Below are positions 9,214 to 18,353 of a stretch of DNA of 64,000 nt, piece after piece. The position numbers and the translations under genes were made by a program. The notes beneath the pieces were generated by a model. The model ran no database searches, was not told the origin of the DNA, and saw only the letters and a program-made list of their open reading frames with translations. Location of the stretch: assembly GCA_965208835.1 (NCBI GenBank), contig OZ242358.1:3648001-3712000 (forward strand). The letters are read 5' to 3'. Within the stretch, counting starts at the first letter, position 1, and the number at the start of each line of letters is the position of its first letter. This DNA is from Candidatus Latescibacterota bacterium (GTDB taxonomy: Bacteria; Latescibacterota; UBA2968; GCA-2709665).

Positions 9214-10224
9214 GTGAGCGCAACCCTCGTTGTAGACGCGTTCTGGGGCGATTCCGGCAAAGGAAAAATCGCCGCCTTTACCGCCCTCAAACAGGAAGCC
9301 GCCTTCTGTGTACGCGCAGGAACCGGCACCAACGCCGGCCACAGCATCTACTTCGAAGACGGCTCAGAAATCCGTACGCATCAACTGTGCTGCGGTTGGT
9401 TACACCCTCGCACGCAGCTTCGGATAGGTAGTGGCGTCGCGTTAAACCCTGAAATATTCCTCCGTGAAATCCACAGATACGAACTTGCCGACCGTGCCCG
9501 CGTGGATCTGCGGTGTCCGGTGATCGCGCCCGAACATCGGGCACGCGAGGCACGGGACACGCATCTTGCCGCCAACGTGGGCAGCGTATGCAGCGGCAGC
9601 GGCGCCGCCAGAGCCGACTTTGTCATACGCAGGGCGCGGCAGGCCCGAGACATCCCCGAACTGAAGGATTACCTCGCCGACGTACCGCGAGAGATCAACA
9701 CGGCATGCACGGAGGGTCGCGCTGTTGTCATCGAATCCAGCCAGGGAACCCACCTGTCCCTTTCGCTGACTGCCGACTACCCGTTCTGCACGTCCGGCAA
9801 TTGCACCGCCGTCGCCGCAGCGGACGATTCAGGCCTTAACTGGCAGTACATAAAGGACGTCATCCTGGTGGTCAAGGCGGTACCCAGCCGGGTAGGGGCA
9901 GGCCCGTTGCCGTTTGAGATTTCTGAAGCTGAACAGGACCGGCGTGGTATCGTCGAATACGGCGTCACGACCGGGCGCCGCCGCAGAAAAGCCCGCCGCA
10001 TTTCCTGGCGGCACCTTGAAGAGGCAGTAATGCTTAATGGACCCACGCAGATTTCCCTCACGTTCTGCGACCACCTTGATCCTGACGTGCGGGGCGCCCG
10101 CACCAGGGATGCCCTCACGGATCCCGTGTTGAAGTTGATTCGTGACGTTGAATCGCGCACAGGCGTACCGGTAACGACTGCTGAAACGGGCAAGTATTTC
10201 GGTGATATCGTAGACCTGACCTGA
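9214..10224 (+). CDS. purA: Adenylosuccinate synthetase, short archaeal-type and divergent
   Basis: WGDSGKGK, TNAGH, ESSQG, YPFCTS, SRVGAGP and EYGVTTGRRRR motifs; 336 aa versus about 430 aa for typical bacterial PurA. Confidence 0.8.
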   Translation: MSATLVVDAFWGDSGKGKIAAFTALKQEAAFCVRAGTGTNAGHSIYFEDGSEIRTHQLCCGWLHPRTQLRIGSGVALNPEIFLREIHRYELADRARVDLRCPVIAPEHRAREARDTHLAANVGSVCSGSGAARADFVIRRARQARDIPELKDYLADVPREINTACTEGRAVVIESSQGTHLSLSLTADYPFCTSGNCTAVAAADDSGLNWQYIKDVILVVKAVPSRVGAGPLPFEISEAEQDRRGIVEYGVTTGRRRRKARRISWRHLEEAVMLNGPTQISLTFCDHLDPDVRGARTRDALTDPVLKLIRDVESRTGVPVTTAETGKYFGDIVDLT

Positions 10225-10264
10225 TCTCGCAACGATTGTACTCAACACGGGTGGCGGGCGGGAA

Positions 10265-10561
10265 TCAAACTGCACTGTCACGCGCGCTGCGGATGATTTC
10301 CAGCCAGGTCGATTCATAGTCTGCAAGCGCCCCATGCCAGGCGTCTTGATTTCCGGCGCCACGCCGGAAATCCAATGCCAGACTGTCGACAGTCCGCTCG
10401 GCCGCGTCTATGCTGGCCAGTCGCTCCGCATCCAGTGCAGGCGAGGCGAGGCCGTTGATTTCGGTCTGTATGCGTTCCACAACCCGTCGAAAGTCGTCGC
10501 TCAAGCGCGTGAACGCCGCCCCTCCGGTGAACCCCTCGTTCCGCCCAACGCGATTTGACAT
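10265..10561 (-). CDS. Hypothetical helical protein (98 aa)
   Basis: Strong AGGAGG RBS before ATG, plausible composition, fills an otherwise intergenic space. Confidence 0.6.
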   Translation of the reverse strand: MSNRVGRNEGFTGGAAFTRLSDDFRRVVERIQTEINGLASPALDAERLASIDAAERTVDSLALDFRRGAGNQDAWHGALADYESTWLEIIRSARDSAV

Positions 10562-10878
10562 TTGGGACCTCCTGGTATGGATCCTGAAATATCACCTCGT
10601 TTCCGCACTTTTGTACAACCGATGTATACTATACAAATGTGCAGCTGTCAAGGGAGGGCAAGACGCCTGTTCGCGGATGGTGAGCCGCAGATTTCAGTTC
10701 CCCATTGGTCGTGCGCCGGCCGGCCGGCCGACGGGAGCGATTCTGCATGCTCATGTGAATTAACTTTACACCGGCTGACGCTCTCCCATATATTGGTTGT
10801 CAGCCGAGAGGCGTCGAAAGAGGAGGACGTACTGAAATCCTTGTGACGTTCGAAAATGAAAATCCCTAAAGGAGGCGC

Positions 10879-12402
10879 ATGATGCTCATTTTGATTCGCA
10901 GCTGGTTCATTTTCCCGATCGCGATGGGCGTGGTATTTGGCTGCGGCGGCGAACGCCCGACCACGTCGTCCGATTCACTGTCTGAGGACCATGCGGGAGA
11001 GCCGCTGGGCAAACTGGCATTCGATGGAAACGTGACTTCGGCCGTCGTGGTTGCCCGTCTCCGTCAAGACCGGTCTCCGGCAGCCGGCGCTGAGGTTTCC
11101 TTCTCGCGGTCGGTCTCGGGAAAGAGCGCCGACTACGAGTGGGCCGGTACGACTGACGGACGCGGGCAGACACTGGTGGCGCTTGAATGGATGCGGGCTG
11201 GCGGATACGTCCGCGCACAGGCACACAGGGACGGCGCCCTCATCGGGTCGTGGTCCAGCATCCCGATCAACCCCGGCGTCCAGGTCACCGTTGAACTGAC
11301 CGAAGGAGAAAAAGCACGCGTCACCGGCTCTGTCCGACTGACGCCGGGCGGTCTTCCCGAGGAAATCCCGATTGGCGTCGTTGCGCCCCTGACAGTCAGT
11401 CAGACCCAATACGGTGCGGGCATTGAAAGCGGCCTGGCCCTTGCGCTCGAAGAGATCAACGGCACATCGACGCTCGGGGGCGCGAGTATCGTTTTCAGGA
11501 GAGAGGACTCCCGCGGTATGGCGCAGGGTGCCGTTGACGCGTTCAACAAACTGATTCTTCACGATTACGTCCCCGTCATCCTGGGCCCCGCTCTCTCCAC
11601 GGAAGCCAAAGAGGCATTTCCGGTCGCACAGCAGAACCATGTTGTCGCCTTCAGCACGACCTCCGCGGCGTCGGGCCTCAGCGCAATTGGTGACTTTATC
11701 TTCCGCGCAAGCCTGAGTGTAGACGTGCTTATCCCCGGCGGTGTCTCAATCACTCGCGAGAAGCTGCGATACGGGCGGGTCGCCCTGATGGTCGACTCGA
11801 CGGACGTCTTTTCCCGAAGCAGCGACGTCGCGCTGCAAAGCGCCCTCGCGGAGGAGGGTGTCGAGATCCTGACGAGAGAGACCTTTGCGACAGACGATAC
11901 ATCCTTTGTCGATCAATTCGCAAGGATACGCGGTCTGAATCCGCATGCGGTTTTCGTTTCCGCTCTGTCGCGGCAACGCGTTCAAATGCTGATCCGGGGC
12001 CGACACCAGGGCATTCCTGCCAACATTCCCTTTATCGTACCGGGCTTGACCCAGGACGAAGTACGGGAGGCCGGCGATGCCGGCGAGGGTGCGATCGCCA
12101 TTACCGGCTGGACTGCCACGGCAAACACACCGGGGAATCAACCGTTCGCTGAGAAATACAGGTCGAAATTCGGCGCGGAACCGAATCGGTGGGCTGCGCA
12201 GTCTTACGCCGCGCTTTATGTTCTTTCAGAGGCGATTGCAACGGCCGGGTCCACGGATCCCGCGGCCATTCGCGAGGCGATGGCCGGCATCACGGACCTG
12301 GACACCATTCTGGGTCAATTCTCGTTCGACCGCAACGGAGACGCGGTCTACGACCCGATCATTCTTATTGCAAGAAACGGTATGTTCGAGGTTTACGAGT
12401 GA
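10879..12402 (+). CDS. Lipoprotein: uncharacterised N-terminal module + LivK/Peripla_BP_6 substrate-binding domain
   Basis: Lipobox VFGC; IPIGVVAPLT...GLALALEEIN, VILGP and AAQSYAA motifs; AAGGAGG RBS. Confidence 0.85.
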   Translation: MMLILIRSWFIFPIAMGVVFGCGGERPTTSSDSLSEDHAGEPLGKLAFDGNVTSAVVVARLRQDRSPAAGAEVSFSRSVSGKSADYEWAGTTDGRGQTLVALEWMRAGGYVRAQAHRDGALIGSWSSIPINPGVQVTVELTEGEKARVTGSVRLTPGGLPEEIPIGVVAPLTVSQTQYGAGIESGLALALEEINGTSTLGGASIVFRREDSRGMAQGAVDAFNKLILHDYVPVILGPALSTEAKEAFPVAQQNHVVAFSTTSAASGLSAIGDFIFRASLSVDVLIPGGVSITREKLRYGRVALMVDSTDVFSRSSDVALQSALAEEGVEILTRETFATDDTSFVDQFARIRGLNPHAVFVSALSRQRVQMLIRGRHQGIPANIPFIVPGLTQDEVREAGDAGEGAIAITGWTATANTPGNQPFAEKYRSKFGAEPNRWAAQSYAALYVLSEAIATAGSTDPAAIREAMAGITDLDTILGQFSFDRNGDAVYDPIILIARNGMFEVYE

Positions 12403-12431
12403 CGTAAACCAACCACAAGAGGAGAAAAACG

Positions 12432-13256
12432 ATGAGCGAGATGCCGATCGGCGTCATGATGAGCGCTGGATGGACCCTGGACCAGCTCAGGCATGTGCGG
12501 GATCTGGGTTTCGACAACGTACAGATTCACGCCCCGTCCGAGGACGTGCTGGAAGATCCCAACGGAAGTGCCGCGCTGATACGGGACATACAATCTGTGT
12601 GCATTCAGATTACCACTGTTTTCGCGGGGTTTTCAGGAGAGAGTTACGCCGACATTCCCACGGTCAAAGAAACGGTGGGATATCTCAATCCTTCCATGAG
12701 GGAAGAACGCATGAGAATAACCGAGCGTATCTCAGACTTCGCACGCGCGCTCGGCGTTGACAAGGTGGCCGCGCACATCGGATTCGTCCCGGAAGACCCG
12801 GATCATCCGGACCACCATGCCATGGTTGAATGTGTCAGAAGATTGGCCGACTCTTGCGGCCGGAACGGGCAGGACTTCTGCCTGGAAACAGGCCAGGAGA
12901 CGGCTTCCGCGCTGCGCCACTTTCTCGAAACGCTGAATCGCAACAACGTAGGCGTCAACTTCGACCCGGCAAATATGATCCTGTACGGAAGCGGAGAACC
13001 CATCGAGGCCCTTGGAATTGTTGCCGACTACGTCGTCAGCGTTCATGCGAAAGACGGCAAGTGGCCACCGGGGGAAGGACAGCTGGGTACGGAATACCCC
13101 CTTGGCAGCGGCGACGTGGGCATGGACCGCTTCATTGCCAAACTCAAGCAGATCGGATATCGCGGCCCGATCACCATGGAACGCGAAATTCCGGATTGGG
13201 ACCAGAAGGTGAGGGATCTGGTTCAGGGAAGAAATCTCCTGGAGAGCCTGATTTAG
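12432..13256 (+). CDS. Sugar phosphate isomerase/epimerase (xylose isomerase-like TIM barrel)
   Basis: LETGQE, NFDPAN, VHAKDG and ITMERE metal-binding motifs. Confidence 0.85.
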   Translation: MSEMPIGVMMSAGWTLDQLRHVRDLGFDNVQIHAPSEDVLEDPNGSAALIRDIQSVCIQITTVFAGFSGESYADIPTVKETVGYLNPSMREERMRITERISDFARALGVDKVAAHIGFVPEDPDHPDHHAMVECVRRLADSCGRNGQDFCLETGQETASALRHFLETLNRNNVGVNFDPANMILYGSGEPIEALGIVADYVVSVHAKDGKWPPGEGQLGTEYPLGSGDVGMDRFIAKLKQIGYRGPITMEREIPDWDQKVRDLVQGRNLLESLI

Positions 13257-13473
13257 TGTTCTGTCCCGATAATTCGCCACCATTCGACCGCCGATGTCCG
13301 TCGGGCCGCGAACGGAAAAACGCCCTCTCTCCGTTGAGTAACCTTTTGGCGGGAGGGAAGGTCCAAAAGGACGACGACGGAAAAAGGGCGTATCTGTTCT
13401 GTTATACGTCCGCGCGCGGCCAAAGTTTCATTATGAAGAGAGTCAACCGGGTTGTATCGATCACCGGATGCAT

Positions 13474-14643
13474 TTACGGGGTGACGACCAGAATGCGATC
13501 GTCGTCCGTCCGCGGCTGACCCCGGCCGTCCCTGTTGCTCGTGGCAAGGTATACCTCGCCATCGGGTCCCACCAGGACATCTCGAAGACGTCCGAAACGG
13601 CCGTTGAACAGATTCTCGCGGCTCATCGCTCGCAGACCGTCGGAAGACAGGCCGATTCGCCAGAGCGCCTGCCCCTTCAACGTCGTAAACAACAGGTTTC
13701 CCTTCCAGGCTGGAATCAGATCCTTAGTGTATATGTCCGCGCCTGCCGGTGCGATTGTCGGCGTCCACGCCACCAGCGGTTCCACGACGTTGTTTGCCGA
13801 GCAATACTCGGATTCACCGGTTAGAACATCATTGTCGCAAAACCCGCGCACGCCCGGCCATCCATAGTTTCCGCCCCGCACGATGAGGTTGACTTCGTCG
13901 TTGTCAAGGGGTCCATGTTCCGTACTGTAGAGCCTTCCGGTCGAGGGATGGAACACAAGTCCCTGTGGATTCCTGTGTCCGAATGAATACACCGCCGTGC
14001 CGAACGGATTGTCCTGAGCCGGCTTTCCTTCCATGTCAAGTCGAAGGACTTTGCCCGCCAGCGAATTCAAATTCTGGGAGAGCGCGGGAGATTGAGCGTC
14101 GCCGGTCGTGACATATAACAAATTATCAGGACCAACAGCAAGCCTCGATCCGTCATGATTGGGCGCACCGGGAATGGCGTTCAAGAGGAGTTCGGGCGCG
14201 CCCAGTGCTGTGCCGTCGTATCGCATCCTTACAAGTCGATTCCGTACACCGCTGCCAGTACTATAGGAATAGACCGCATAGACGTAGGGCAGGCTTTCAA
14301 AATCCGGGTGGAACGCGATACCCATCAACCCGCTCTCGCTCAACTCGAAGGCATCGATTCGGCCCACCTCCGAAACCACGCCCGTCTCCGTATGCACCCG
14401 GGATATCGTTCCCTCACGCTCGCTCACCCAGATGTGGCCGTCCGGCCCCCAGGCCAGATCCCACGGCGTATCCAGGCCGGTAGCCAGCGTCTTAACGGTA
14501 AACCCGTCCACCCTGTTGTCGGCTACCTGCCCGCCTCCGTTATCGGCGACGGGATTCTCCGGCTGGGAATCGTTTGCGCCCTTTCCACATCCCGCAACCA
14601 CAGATAATGTGAGCAATACCGCTGTGACTCGGCGCCCCACCAT
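13474..14643 (-). CDS. PQQ-dependent glucose/sorbosone dehydrogenase family lipoprotein
   Basis: Lipobox VAGC; GLDTPWDLAW, HDGSRL, GHRNPQG, GGNYGWP and GRLRDV motifs. Confidence 0.9.
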   Translation of the reverse strand: MVGRRVTAVLLTLSVVAGCGKGANDSQPENPVADNGGGQVADNRVDGFTVKTLATGLDTPWDLAWGPDGHIWVSEREGTISRVHTETGVVSEVGRIDAFELSESGLMGIAFHPDFESLPYVYAVYSYSTGSGVRNRLVRMRYDGTALGAPELLLNAIPGAPNHDGSRLAVGPDNLLYVTTGDAQSPALSQNLNSLAGKVLRLDMEGKPAQDNPFGTAVYSFGHRNPQGLVFHPSTGRLYSTEHGPLDNDEVNLIVRGGNYGWPGVRGFCDNDVLTGESEYCSANNVVEPLVAWTPTIAPAGADIYTKDLIPAWKGNLLFTTLKGQALWRIGLSSDGLRAMSRENLFNGRFGRLRDVLVGPDGEVYLATSNRDGRGQPRTDDDRILVVTP

Positions 14644-14673
14644 TTTGCGTCTCTTTTTCGCTAACGCACGACC

Positions 14674-14728
14674 TTTCCGACCGCAAGGGCCGGCCGCAGC
14701 CCGGATGGGCTTTTCCAACGGGCTGCTA
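14674..14728. mobile_element. MITE-like repeat, right-end fragment (copy A)
   Basis: Near-identical to the ends of 46800-46965 and 57641-57899 (GACCGCAAGGGC..GCCG.AGCCCGGATGGG.TTTT.CAACGGGCTGCTA). Confidence 0.7.
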
Positions 14729-17700
14729 AAACAATCCGGTGAAGTCAATCGAGAAATACTGCTTGGGATGGACCGTCTCCGCAAAATCGGTTGGCCATGC
14801 CAGGTCGTAGCGAAACAGAGCCAACCCCATATTCACCCGGACACCCAGCCCATAGCCCGCTTTCAGGTCCCTGAGCTCGAACCCGCCGTCGCGCGCTTCC
14901 CACGGATTGAAGCTGTCGCGATTGAACGCGCTGCCGACGTCCATGAACAGCTCACCCTGTACATTCTGGAAAAACAACGGGAGCGGCCAGCCCAACGCCA
15001 GCTGTCTGAGCAGTGGAAAGCGAAACGCGACATTGGCCAGCACATACGAGTCGCCTGCCATCTCGAACACGTCGGCGCCGCGCAGGGGCCACACAAAACT
15101 GGAGAAGAAGATGCGTTCACGGTCGACGGAAGCAAACGTGGCGAAATTGGGATTGATTGAGTTGTTTACACCACCCAGGAAGAAGATCTGCCGGTTCCGA
15201 CCGAAACTGGTTCCGCCCGACATACGGACGGCGAGGGTGTACTCGTCCAGCATCGGGACGTATTTACGATAATCGCCCTGGACCGTGCCGTACTTCATTC
15301 CCGCCCAACTGCCCCGTACGGACAACCTTGCCCGTCGTCCCTTTGTCGGTCCGTAAAGAGAATATAACGCATTGTCGTCGACGAGTTCCAGGCTGTTGAT
15401 TACGGCCTTGTTATTGGAAACCGGCGTACCGCTCCCCCTGATGACCCTGCCCGTATAGCCGGCTCGGAGATATTGATTCTGATAGGAGCCCAGGTTTTCA
15501 CGGGAGATGCTTATCGCCTGCATGCTGGTCTCGAGTCGCGTAAATCGATTGAACGGCCGGTGGAAAACAACACCCCCTCCGTAGATCCGGTCCGCCACGA
15601 CCTGACCGTTTGAAATGAAGAAGTTCCGGGTGTGAAGCGCGCTGAGGTAATAGTTGGTCTGGTGTTTGAGGTTCTGGTATCCGAGGAAGAGGTCGCTGTC
15701 TTTGAGGGAGAAGCTGAGTCCGGATTGTATGATGAGCCTGTGGTCGCCCATCACGTCGGTCAGGGACAGGTGCAGCAGGCTGCTCACGCCGTAGAACGTG
15801 TCGAAGCCCGCGTTCGCCCCGAAGAATTCCGGTTTGAGTTTCACGCGGTATTTGTTCACCGTGAACTCCCGGTTCCAGTCGCGCAGCGTCAACTCCCTGT
15901 CGCCGTCTGCCGCCAGCGTATCCGTCCCGGCCTCCTCGTCGTCGTCGCTCGCCTCCGCCGCCGCCAGCGCCATCTGGTCCGACATCCACGTCTCCACTTT
16001 CCTGTCCGCCGCCGCAACCACCGCCGCCGTGTCTTCCTGCGCTGCCACACCCCCGCTGTCGACCGCCGCGGCCGCCTTCTGCTCCTGCTGCCGCTCGCGC
16101 TGCAGCTCCACGAACGGACGGTCCTCGATGCCCGCCAGACGCTTCGCATAACGCGTCAGCGGCAGATCCTCCATCCCCCGCTTCTGCTTGCGCGGGTCCT
16201 TTATCACGAAGATGTCATAGCCCCCGCGGTGAAACGTCGTAAACGCCAGCTTCTTGCCGTCCGCGCTCCAGTCGATATACCGCGCTCCCGACAGCAGATT
16301 GCTGATCGGATACATCTGAGAGCCGTCCACGCGCGTGATGTAGACGTTGCCCACGCCCGTCCTGTCCGACACGAACGCCAGCGTCTGCGAGTCCGGTCCC
16401 CACGTGGGATGGCTGTCGTTCACCTCGCTTTCCACCACACGCCGGATCTCGCTCCCGTCCGCCTTCAGCACGAACACGTCATACACACCGAACTCGAAGT
16501 CCTTCGACCCGTCATACGTCAACGCCGCCGACGGCCGGTCCGAACTGATCGCGATCCACTTCCCGTCCGGCGACCAGTCCAGGTGCTTCTCGTCATACGG
16601 GTCACGCGTCATCCGTCGCAACGACTCGTCTGCCACGTCCACTACGTACACGTCCGACCACCCGTCCTTCAACCCCACGATCGCGATCTGCTTCCCGTCC
16701 GGCGACCACGTGGGCTCGAACAACCCGTCCAGATCGAACTTGAAACGCTTCGTCACACGCTTCTTGCGCACGTCCAGCGTATACAGCGTGTTCTTGTTGC
16801 GCGACTTCGCCGCAAACGCGATCTGCTTCCCGTCCGGCGACCACGTGATGCCCGGACGCAGCACGAACAGCCCCTCGAAGTCCGACGAACGCTCGCCCTC
16901 CACCAACCGCCCCAGGTCCTGACCGTCGATCGCCGACATCAGGTAGATGTCGAACGTGCCCTGACGCTCCGTCACATACGCGATCTTGTCGCCCTGCGGC
17001 GAAAACGACGGCGCGATATTGTAAAAACCACGGCCCGCACCCGCCTCCGTCAGCTGCTTCGCCACCTCCTCCGACGGATGGTGCAGGTTGATCTCGTTCC
17101 AATACTGACGCTTCAGCCACAACTGCCACTTCTCGTCCAGCTCCTCCACACCCTCGCCCACCGACGCCTTCAGCGCCTTGTCCACGGAACGCGCGGAACG
17201 GAACGACGAAATGAACTCCGCCACCTTGTCCTTGCCATACTCCTCCTCGATCATCACGAAGACGGACTGCCCCCCCTTATACGCAAACGCGCCGCTCAAC
17301 GACATCATCCCCGGCACAAAGCCCGTGATCGTCGCGTGACGCATGAAATTGTCGGCCTCGCGGTCCCAGCCCCCCTGCGACAGATACTCCGCCACACCCT
17401 CCGCGATCCACAGCGGTGGCAGCGACGCCGCCTGCGTCATCATCGCACCCAGCCATCCGCCGCCCGTCCACATCTCCAGTGTCACCACGTGTACCAGCTC
17501 GTGGTGGATCACGTGACGGAAATCGGCATACGACCCTGTATACGGGATCACCACGCGACCCTGTGCAAACTCCGTGAAACCACCCGTGAACTCCGACTGC
17601 TCCGTCGGCGTGATGTTCGTTACCGAAAACCCGTTGTGAGAGTTGTAGATCACAATCGGATAGCGGTCCTTCAGCGTATACTTCAGGTCCTTCTCCAGAC

Positions 17701-17911
17701 GCACCAGCGATCGCTCCGCCTCCTTCGCCGCAAACTCCGCCGCAGACTGCGACGCCTTGTCGAAATAAATCTTGAAATGCTCCGTCTCCAGAAAGTGCCA
17801 GTCGTAATCGTCATACGTCACCTTGTTCTTGCCGAAATACTCCTGGCCCATCGCAATACCGCAGGAGAACAGACTGATGAGTATCGCTGACATCAAGTGA
17901 CGCCCTATCAT
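14726..17911 (-). CDS. Outer-membrane protein: peptidase MA-like domain + PD40/TolB-like beta-propeller + Omp85/BamA-type barrel
   Basis: Signal peptide; HHELVH...WIAEGVAEY zincin motif; repeated WSPDGKQIA; C-terminal barrel with FFLGG, PLRG and GYGLGVRVN, ending in F; AAGGAGG RBS before ATG 17911. Confidence 0.85.
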   Translation of the reverse strand: MIGRHLMSAILISLFSCGIAMGQEYFGKNKVTYDDYDWHFLETEHFKIYFDKASQSAAEFAAKEAERSLVRLEKDLKYTLKDRYPIVIYNSHNGFSVTNITPTEQSEFTGGFTEFAQGRVVIPYTGSYADFRHVIHHELVHVVTLEMWTGGGWLGAMMTQAASLPPLWIAEGVAEYLSQGGWDREADNFMRHATITGFVPGMMSLSGAFAYKGGQSVFVMIEEEYGKDKVAEFISSFRSARSVDKALKASVGEGVEELDEKWQLWLKRQYWNEINLHHPSEEVAKQLTEAGAGRGFYNIAPSFSPQGDKIAYVTERQGTFDIYLMSAIDGQDLGRLVEGERSSDFEGLFVLRPGITWSPDGKQIAFAAKSRNKNTLYTLDVRKKRVTKRFKFDLDGLFEPTWSPDGKQIAIVGLKDGWSDVYVVDVADESLRRMTRDPYDEKHLDWSPDGKWIAISSDRPSAALTYDGSKDFEFGVYDVFVLKADGSEIRRVVESEVNDSHPTWGPDSQTLAFVSDRTGVGNVYITRVDGSQMYPISNLLSGARYIDWSADGKKLAFTTFHRGGYDIFVIKDPRKQKRGMEDLPLTRYAKRLAGIEDRPFVELQRERQQEQKAAAAVDSGGVAAQEDTAAVVAAADRKVETWMSDQMALAAAEASDDDEEAGTDTLAADGDRELTLRDWNREFTVNKYRVKLKPEFFGANAGFDTFYGVSSLLHLSLTDVMGDHRLIIQSGLSFSLKDSDLFLGYQNLKHQTNYYLSALHTRNFFISNGQVVADRIYGGGVVFHRPFNRFTRLETSMQAISISRENLGSYQNQYLRAGYTGRVIRGSGTPVSNNKAVINSLELVDDNALYSLYGPTKGRRARLSVRGSWAGMKYGTVQGDYRKYVPMLDEYTLAVRMSGGTSFGRNRQIFFLGGVNNSINPNFATFASVDRERIFFSSFVWPLRGADVFEMAGDSYVLANVAFRFPLLRQLALGWPLPLFFQNVQGELFMDVGSAFNRDSFNPWEARDGGFELRDLKAGYGLGVRVNMGLALFRYDLAWPTDFAETVHPKQYFSIDFTGLF

Positions 17912-18353
17912 GATTGACCTCCTTACCTGCGCGGGAGTTGCGGTGGCCGACGACGACGGTTGCGTCACCGCCCACTACACCTCTAACTGTCGGCGTTTTT
18001 CGCGACCTTACAACGACGATGGGGTGGGGGTCGGCCGCCGGGATTTTACCGCCCCCACCCCGCTCCCGCAAGAATTCTGCGGGAAGAACTCAATGGCCTG
18101 ATTGCATGTTTCCTTCCTCAACGACTTCTGCCGCCCGTCCCTCGCGCTACACCATTTAGAACGACGGTATGTCCAAATCGTTCCCCCGATTTTTCCAATG
18201 ACATCCGCCGCCTTTTCCATATATTAGCCGTAAAGGAAGACCGCCATGTGCGCGGAATCCGTTTCCGGAACCGCGTCGCCGCCCGTGGCGTTCCGCCGCG
18301 TCCGGTCCAAATCATAACGCGACCGCAAGCCACGTTATCCGGGAAATTGTACG

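Noticed and set aside
9214-10224. PurZ (2-aminoadenine/Z-DNA synthesis)
   Set aside because: The catalytic Asp (WGD) is retained rather than replaced by Ser as in PurZ, and there is no phage, DatZ or MazZ context.
13254-13280. TAGTGTTCTGTCCCGATAATT at a stop codon, resembling an IS end
   Set aside because: I found no matching opposite end, second copy or transposase in the window.
15632-17890. 752-aa plus-strand ORF
   Set aside because: Antisense shadow of the Omp85 fusion gene caused by codon bias; R/H/L-rich with no motifs.
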